Source: Deltaproteobacteria bacterium (GTDB lineage Bacteria; Desulfobacterota; GWC2-55-46; UBA9637). From it: a stretch of DNA of 52,626 nucleotides. Positions 47,112 to 52,626 of the stretch are shown one piece after another. The first letter of the stretch is position 1; each line of letters starts with the position of its first letter. The notes under the pieces are model-generated. The model was not told the DNA's origin and ran no database searches. It saw only the letters and a program-made list of their open reading frames with translations. The stretch spans positions 1 to 52,626 of the forward strand of contig JACPZB010000018.1 in NCBI GenBank assembly GCA_016195725.1, in the 5' to 3' direction. Position numbers and translations under genes: made by a program.

Positions 47112-48437
47112 TTAAATTTCATCTTCCTGCAGAAACTTTTCTATCACATTTGCAATAGTCGGCTTCCCCATGTCTTCTATTTCGTAATTTATCCGCATAG
47201 CAGGTTTATTAATCTTTATTATCCTTGCCAGGTCCACAGGTGTTGCAATAAGCACTAAATCACAGGGTGTGTTATTTATAGCATCCTCCAAATCTTTTAT
47301 CTGGCGGCTTGCATAGCCCATAGCAGGAATGAGATTTTTGATGTTAGGATATAAAGCAAGCGTGTTCTTTATGCTGCCGACCGCATATGGCCGAGGATCA
47401 ACTATTTCTTTAGCATGATGCTTCTCTGCAGCCACAATGCCGGCACCATAAGTCATTCCGCCATGCGTGAGGGTTGGGCCGTCTTCCACGACCAACACCC
47501 TTCTGCCTTCAATCAAATTCCCATCCCCTACCCTTATGGCTGAGGCGGCGCATAGAACGACAGCCCCTGGATTTGTCTCTTTTATATTTTTCATAATCAC
47601 ATCCACATCTGAGCTTTTGGCTGTATCCATCTTGTTTATGATTAATACATCCGCCCTTCTCAAATTTGTCTCGCCGGGATAATATAAAAGTTCATGGCCC
47701 GGTCTGTGCGGATCAAGAACAACAATCTCCAAATCTGGCTTTATGAAAGGCAAATCATTATTGCCGCCATCCCACACTATAATATCAGCCTCTTTTTCAG
47801 CCTCTTTTAAAATATCAGCATAATCCACCCCTGCATAGACAGCAATGCCCGCATCCAGCAGCGGCTCAAATTCCTCTCTTTCTTCTATAGTACAGTCGAA
47901 TTTTATTAAATCTTCCTGCGCGGCAAACCGCTGGATTCTCTGCTTGATAAAATCTCCGTAAGGCATTGGGTGGCGGATGGCTACAGGCTTTTTACCTTTC
48001 TCTATAAGAATTTTACAGACAAGTTTTGTCACACCGCTTTTCCCGCAGCCTGTCCTTACAGCGCATACAGATATGACAGGCTTATTTGCCTTAAGCATGG
48101 TCTTTTCTGCGCCAAGAAGGACGAAGTTAGCCCCCATGCCTGTCACAAGAGACGCCCTGTGCATTACATATTCATGAGACACATCGCTGTAGGAAAAGAC
48201 CGCCCCATCAATCTTATATTCTTTTATGAGCGGTATAAGCTTTTCTTCCGGATAGATGGGGATGCCATTTGGATACAAAACCCCTGCAAGCTCGTTTGGG
48301 TACGTCCTGTTTTGAATAAATGGTATCTGGGTTGCTGTAAATGCAACAACCTCATATTGAGGATTATCCCTGAAGCAGAGATTGAAATTATGGAAATCCC
48401 TGCCGGCGGCACCCATGATGATTATCCGTTTTTTCAT
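47112..48437 (-). CDS. COG2403 P-loop NTPase (cyclic 2,3-diphosphoglycerate synthetase-like, possibly arginine synthetase)
   Basis: GAAGRDFHNFN, AVRTGCGKS, RHPMPYG, WDGGNND and EDGPTLTHGGM. Confidence 0.85.
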   Translation of the reverse strand: MKKRIIIMGAAGRDFHNFNLCFRDNPQYEVVAFTATQIPFIQNRTYPNELAGVLYPNGIPIYPEEKLIPLIKEYKIDGAVFSYSDVSHEYVMHRASLVTGMGANFVLLGAEKTMLKANKPVISVCAVRTGCGKSGVTKLVCKILIEKGKKPVAIRHPMPYGDFIKQRIQRFAAQEDLIKFDCTIEEREEFEPLLDAGIAVYAGVDYADILKEAEKEADIIVWDGGNNDLPFIKPDLEIVVLDPHRPGHELLYYPGETNLRRADVLIINKMDTAKSSDVDVIMKNIKETNPGAVVLCAASAIRVGDGNLIEGRRVLVVEDGPTLTHGGMTYGAGIVAAEKHHAKEIVDPRPYAVGSIKNTLALYPNIKNLIPAMGYASRQIKDLEDAINNTPCDLVLIATPVDLARIIKINKPAMRINYEIEDMGKPTIANVIEKFLQEDEI

Positions 48438-48613
48438 AATTGACTTAAGCATATACACGATGGATGTAAAAAGCAAGCGGCTCATTATCCTTTACCATTG
48501 ACAAATTATGGATTTTGCTTCAGCAAAACACTAAGCTGCCTTATCACAGACAAATTAGATAATTTATCAAGGGTTTATTGCAAATTATTCCGTATTGCGT
48601 TAAATTATAATTT

Positions 48614-50791
48614 ATGGTCAGGCTTGAAGAAATTATAGACAAGGTATCTTCATACAATCCCGCAGCAGATACTGAGCTTATAAAAAAGGCATATATATTT
48701 TCTGCTAAGGTTCATCAGGGGCAGATGCGCCTATCAGGAGAACCGTATCTGAGCCACATTATAGAAGTGGCCCATATCCTTACCAATATGCAGATGGATG
48801 TGGTAACAGTTGCCGCAGGCATCCTTCACGATACGGTGGAGGATACTTTAACAACCATAGATAAGATTAAAGAATTATTTGGAGATGAGGTCGCAGCGCT
48901 GGTAGACGGAGTTACAAAGATAGGAAAGATAAGTTTTGAGAGTAAAGGCGCATCAGGAGAGGAACAGGAGGCAGAGAACTTCCGTAAAATGATAATTGCA
49001 ATGGCTCAGGATATCAGGGTTATTATGATAAAACTTGCTGACAGGCTGCACAATATGCGGACCCTTTCCGCCCTTAGTCCTGAAAAAAGAGTAAAGATAG
49101 CCCAGGAGACTATGGATATATATGCACCGATTGCAAACCGTCTTGGTATCGGATGGATAAAGACAGAGTTGGAGGATATTTCTTTCTATTATCTAAAATC
49201 TGAAGCCTATAAAGAATTAGAAGAACGGCTTGCCACAGAAAAAGAAGAAAGAGAGAAGTATGTCTACGAGGTTAAGAGAATCATAGAAAAAAGGCTTGCT
49301 GAATATAACTTAAAGGTTGAGGTTGCCGGCAGGCCAAAGCACCTTTACAGCATATACACGAAGATGCTGAAGGACGGGCTTTCCTTTGAGCACATCTACG
49401 ATGTCCTTGCATTCAGAGTTATAGTTGACACAGTTAAAGAATGCTATGAAGCCCTTGGTATTATCCACTCTACATGGAAACCAATCCCCGGGAGATTTAA
49501 AGACTACATTGCCATACCGAAACCCAACATGTATCAATCCCTGCATACGAGCGTCATAGGGCCCTATGGTGAGAGGATGGAAATACAGATAAGAACGCAG
49601 GAGATGCATAAGATTGCAGAAGAAGGTATCGCTGCCCATTGGAGATACAAGGAAGGCAAGGCAATGCCTGAAAAAGATGACAAGAGATTTGCATGGCTCA
49701 GGCAGATGATGGAGTGGCAGAAGGATATGCGCGATGCGCGGGAGTTCATGGATACCATGAAGATGGACCTCTTCTCAGAAGAGGTGTTTGTCTTTACGCC
49801 GAAGGGCGCTGTAAAGGATCTGCCAAAAGGCGCAACGGCTGTGGACTTTGCATATGCCGTTCATACCGATGTGGGGAACAGATGTTCTGCTGCGCGCGTT
49901 AATGGAAGGCTTGTGCCGCTGAAATATCAGCTCAAAAATGGCGATACCGTGGAGGTAATAACCTCGCCCAACCATACCCCGAGCAAAGACTGGCTCAAAT
50001 TCGTAGTTACATCCAGGGCCAGGGCAAAGATAAGGCAGTGGGTGAAGACAGAAGAGCGGGAAAAGAGCATAGCCCTCGGCAAGGAGATATGTGATAAGGA
50101 TTTTAAAAAGCACAATGTTGATTTTTATAAACTTCTAAAATCAGGCGAACTGGACAAGATTGCAAGGGAAGGGTTGGACCTTTCTTCTATTGACGATGCC
50201 CTTGCCGGTATAGGTTACGGCAAGTTGTCTGCCCATCAGCTTTTAGGCAAACTACTTCCGCCAGAGAAAATTCAGGAAGTATCTGCATTTAAAAAAGTTC
50301 TGCAGAAGTTTACCCCCGATAGATTCAATCGGGGGCTTAGAAAGGCCCCTCGCGAAGCTGTGCTTGTAAAAGGGGTAGATGATGTTATGATAAGATTTGC
50401 CAGGTGTTGCAACCCATTGCAGGGCGATGAGATCGTGGGATACATAAGCAGAGGCAGAGGCGTTGTGGTTCATTTAAAGGGATGCCCAAGTATACGAGAC
50501 AGCGATCCTGAGCGCTTGATAGATGTTGCATGGGAAAAGGGATTAAAGACAACCAGGCCCGCAAAGCTAAAAATAATATGCCATGATGAAAAAGGGCTTT
50601 TGGTTAATATGAGCAGTGTCATTACAGGACAGGAGGCCAATATTATAAACGCTACCATTACAACCACGCCTGATAAAAAGGCAATATGTATATTTGAGAT
50701 AGAGGTAAACAGCCTTGATCATCTTACGACTATCATCAACGGCCTTAAAAAGGTAAAAAGGGTTATAAAGGTGGAGAGGATTAAAGGATAA
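48614..50791 (+). CDS. spoT: Bifunctional (p)ppGpp synthetase/hydrolase (long RSH)
   Basis: LHDTVED, KLADRLHNM, GRPKH, YQSLHT, EIQIRT, TGS and ACT domains. Confidence 0.95.
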   Translation: MVRLEEIIDKVSSYNPAADTELIKKAYIFSAKVHQGQMRLSGEPYLSHIIEVAHILTNMQMDVVTVAAGILHDTVEDTLTTIDKIKELFGDEVAALVDGVTKIGKISFESKGASGEEQEAENFRKMIIAMAQDIRVIMIKLADRLHNMRTLSALSPEKRVKIAQETMDIYAPIANRLGIGWIKTELEDISFYYLKSEAYKELEERLATEKEEREKYVYEVKRIIEKRLAEYNLKVEVAGRPKHLYSIYTKMLKDGLSFEHIYDVLAFRVIVDTVKECYEALGIIHSTWKPIPGRFKDYIAIPKPNMYQSLHTSVIGPYGERMEIQIRTQEMHKIAEEGIAAHWRYKEGKAMPEKDDKRFAWLRQMMEWQKDMRDAREFMDTMKMDLFSEEVFVFTPKGAVKDLPKGATAVDFAYAVHTDVGNRCSAARVNGRLVPLKYQLKNGDTVEVITSPNHTPSKDWLKFVVTSRARAKIRQWVKTEEREKSIALGKEICDKDFKKHNVDFYKLLKSGELDKIAREGLDLSSIDDALAGIGYGKLSAHQLLGKLLPPEKIQEVSAFKKVLQKFTPDRFNRGLRKAPREAVLVKGVDDVMIRFARCCNPLQGDEIVGYISRGRGVVVHLKGCPSIRDSDPERLIDVAWEKGLKTTRPAKLKIICHDEKGLLVNMSSVITGQEANIINATITTTPDKKAICIFEIEVNSLDHLTTIINGLKKVKRVIKVERIKG

Positions 50792-50792
50792 A

Positions 50793-50864
50793 ATTGAATT
50801 TACGAATTACGATTTTCGATTTTTGAATTCAATTCTTAAATCGTAAATCGGCAATCGACAATCG
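50793..50864. repeat. Inverted heptamer tandem array (TTACGAW / AATCGWM)
   Basis: ttacgaa-ttacgat-tttcgat-ttttgaa facing aatcgta-aatcggc-aatcgac-aatcg. Confidence 0.85.
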
Positions 50865-50879
50865 AGGAAGGAGGTTTCT

Positions 50880-51764
50880 ATGACGAGTATAATCGGTTTT
50901 GTATTTTTGGCCCTTATTGCAGGCATTATTTATGCCATAGTTGGGAAGAAGTTTGGCGGTGGAACCGCAGGGCCGAGGGTTTTGACAGGGTTTATTATCG
51001 CAGGGCTTTTAATAGGCATAGGAACGAGATTGTTTGTCATTATAGATGCAGGCACAGTTGGTGTAGTAGATTTCTGGGGGAAGGTTTCTCCTACGCCGCT
51101 TGAGGCAGGGGTGAATATGAGAAACCCCTTGGCGGATATTCACTCCTTCTCCATCAAGACTATGGAGCTTAAAGAAGATGTTGATACACCTTCAAAGGAA
51201 GGGCTTATCACGCACCTGGAGGTTTCTCTATGGTATAAAGTCATCCCTGACAAGACGCCTGAAATATACAGAACCATTGGCGTAGCATATGAGGATATCA
51301 TTCTGAAGCCGCTTATAAGAAGTGTGCTTCGGTCTGTTACCGCTGAATATGAGGCAAAGGCGCTTTATACTGCAGGTAGAGAGGCGATAGGCGCTGAGAT
51401 ACTTAAGGTGGCAGAGCCGGTGGCAAGGGAAAAGGGCATGGCTATTGATAAGGTGCTTTTACGGGCAGTAAAACTGCCTCAACTCGTAGCAGAGGCCATA
51501 GAAAGAAAGCTCCAGGCTGAACAGCAGTCAGAGCAGATGAAATTTGTTCTGGATAAGGAAAGACAGGAGGCAGACAGAAAAAGGATTGAGGCGCAAGGTA
51601 TTGCGGATTTTCAGAAGATTGTAACGCAAGGCATTACACCGAGCCTTTTAGACTGGAAGGGAATTGAGGCAACGGAAAAATTGGCTGCAAGCCCGAATAC
51701 AAAGGTTGTGATAATCGGAAATCCAAAGAACGGACTGCCTCTTATATTGGAAGGTCAAAAATAA
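50880..51764 (+). CDS. SPFH/prohibitin family membrane protein
   Basis: N-terminal TMs, PSKEGL, AIERKLQAEQ, EADRKRIEAQG and GLPLIL. Confidence 0.92.
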   Translation: MTSIIGFVFLALIAGIIYAIVGKKFGGGTAGPRVLTGFIIAGLLIGIGTRLFVIIDAGTVGVVDFWGKVSPTPLEAGVNMRNPLADIHSFSIKTMELKEDVDTPSKEGLITHLEVSLWYKVIPDKTPEIYRTIGVAYEDIILKPLIRSVLRSVTAEYEAKALYTAGREAIGAEILKVAEPVAREKGMAIDKVLLRAVKLPQLVAEAIERKLQAEQQSEQMKFVLDKERQEADRKRIEAQGIADFQKIVTQGITPSLLDWKGIEATEKLAASPNTKVVIIGNPKNGLPLILEGQK

Positions 51765-51769
51765 AAAAG

Positions 51770-52626
51770 ATGAAATTGCTCTTAATCCTTCCAAAAAATG
51801 AGCGCAGTTACTGGGGTGGCGTATCCAAAAGTGGCAAGGCGGGTTTTGTGCGCCTGAACCTTCCAACCATAGCGGCGCTCACGCCTGAAGACTGGGACGT
51901 GGAGGTACACGACGCAAGAGTCAAGCCTGTTGATTATAATGCAAAGGTTGATTTGGTCGGCGTAACAGGGTTCACGGCAGAGATGCCCGGCGCCTATGAG
52001 ATAGCGGATAATTTCAGGAAAAAGGGCGTAAAGGTTGTGATGGGCGGTGTTCATGTCTCCGCCATGCCGGATGAGGCATTGCGACATGCGGATGCGGTTG
52101 TAATCGGCGAGGCGGAGTTAGTCTGGCACAACCTATTGGACGATTTTAAAAAAGGCGCTCTGAAACCGAAATACAAGGCCGACAAGCTGCATGACATGAA
52201 AAATATGGTCATCCCAAAGAGAGACCTCCTTGACAGAAAGATGTATTCCGGTTTCAACACGCTTCAGGCAACCCGCGGCTGTCCGTTTAACTGCGATTAC
52301 TGCGCGGTTACCGCATTCTTTGGCCATGAATTCCGGGTAAGGCCCATTGACGAGGTGATTGAAGAAATAAACGGATTTGACACAAAAGATTTTTTCTTTA
52401 TGGATGACAACATAGTGGGCAGGCCGAAATATGCAAAGGAGCTTTTTAAACGGCTCATACCGCTCAAGGTTGCATGGGGAAGCCAGGCGTCCATCACCAT
52501 GGCAAAGGACTCTGAACTGTTGGAACTCTATGCAAAGAGCGGCGGCAAATATGCATTTATCGGCCTTGAGAGCCTTTCGCAGAAAAGCCTTGAAAATCTG
52601 CACAAGGGCTGGAACTCGGCAAAAGA
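51770..52626 (+). CDS. B12-binding radical SAM protein (truncated by the window end; absent from the ORF track)
   Basis: ATG 51770 MKLLLILP.., VMGGVHVS, VIGEAE, TRGCPFNCDYC, FMDDN and FIGLES. Confidence 0.92.
   Translation, partial: MKLLLILPKNERSYWGGVSKSGKAGFVRLNLPTIAALTPEDWDVEVHDARVKPVDYNAKVDLVGVTGFTAEMPGAYEIADNFRKKGVKVVMGGVHVSAMPDEALRHADAVVIGEAELVWHNLLDDFKKGALKPKYKADKLHDMKNMVIPKRDLLDRKMYSGFNTLQATRGCPFNCDYCAVTAFFGHEFRVRPIDEVIEEINGFDTKDFFFMDDNIVGRPKYAKELFKRLIPLKVAWGSQASITMAKDSELLELYAKSGGKYAFIGLESLSQKSLENLHKGWNSAK

Noticed and set aside
3178-50864. Repeat arrays as CRISPR
   Set aside because: Units are mostly 6-8 bp (12 bp at most) with no unique spacers, and no cas genes are present.
1-52626. 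tRNA, rRNA or riboswitch
   Set aside because: None recognised in the intergenic regions by eye; an Infernal scan would be needed to exclude them.

Overview
A gene-dense bacterial chromosome segment. Gene content and promoter style suggest a deltaproteobacterial-type (Desulfobacterota-like) organism with mixed respiration; this is an inference. In order, the window holds: an mdh-fumarase-hdrCBA operon (hdrA broken by a deletion plus frameshift); hisBHA; an Rrf2-led A2-type heme-copper oxidase operon; proA; a PrdB/GrdB-like selenoprotein that the ORF track splits at its UGA; a ferritin/desulforedoxin redox cluster; housekeeping genes (galT, ftsY, htpX, pcrA); a sigma54-driven nirS-cytochrome c'-beta-nirN-nirJ-nirF operon next to a two-component system; then FKBP, livM, ftsB, a COG2403 NTPase, a long RSH, an SPFH protein and a truncated B12 radical SAM gene. 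I found no rRNA, tRNA, CRISPR array or intact transposase. The most interesting observations are: (1) the oxidase keeps its D-channel and His-Tyr site but has lost the canonical K-channel residues in subunits I and II; (2) the nir operon starts with a transposase-derived Zn-ribbon/HTH ORF and a MITE-interrupted micro-ORF; (3) an unannotated 22-aa His/Cys/Trp peptide with its own promoter lies upstream of the selenoprotein; (4) many small palindromic elements, including inverted heptamer arrays and ERIC-like and REP-like repeats, are present, several inserted in frame into proteins. All calls come from reading the sequence and recalling family motifs; no searches were run.
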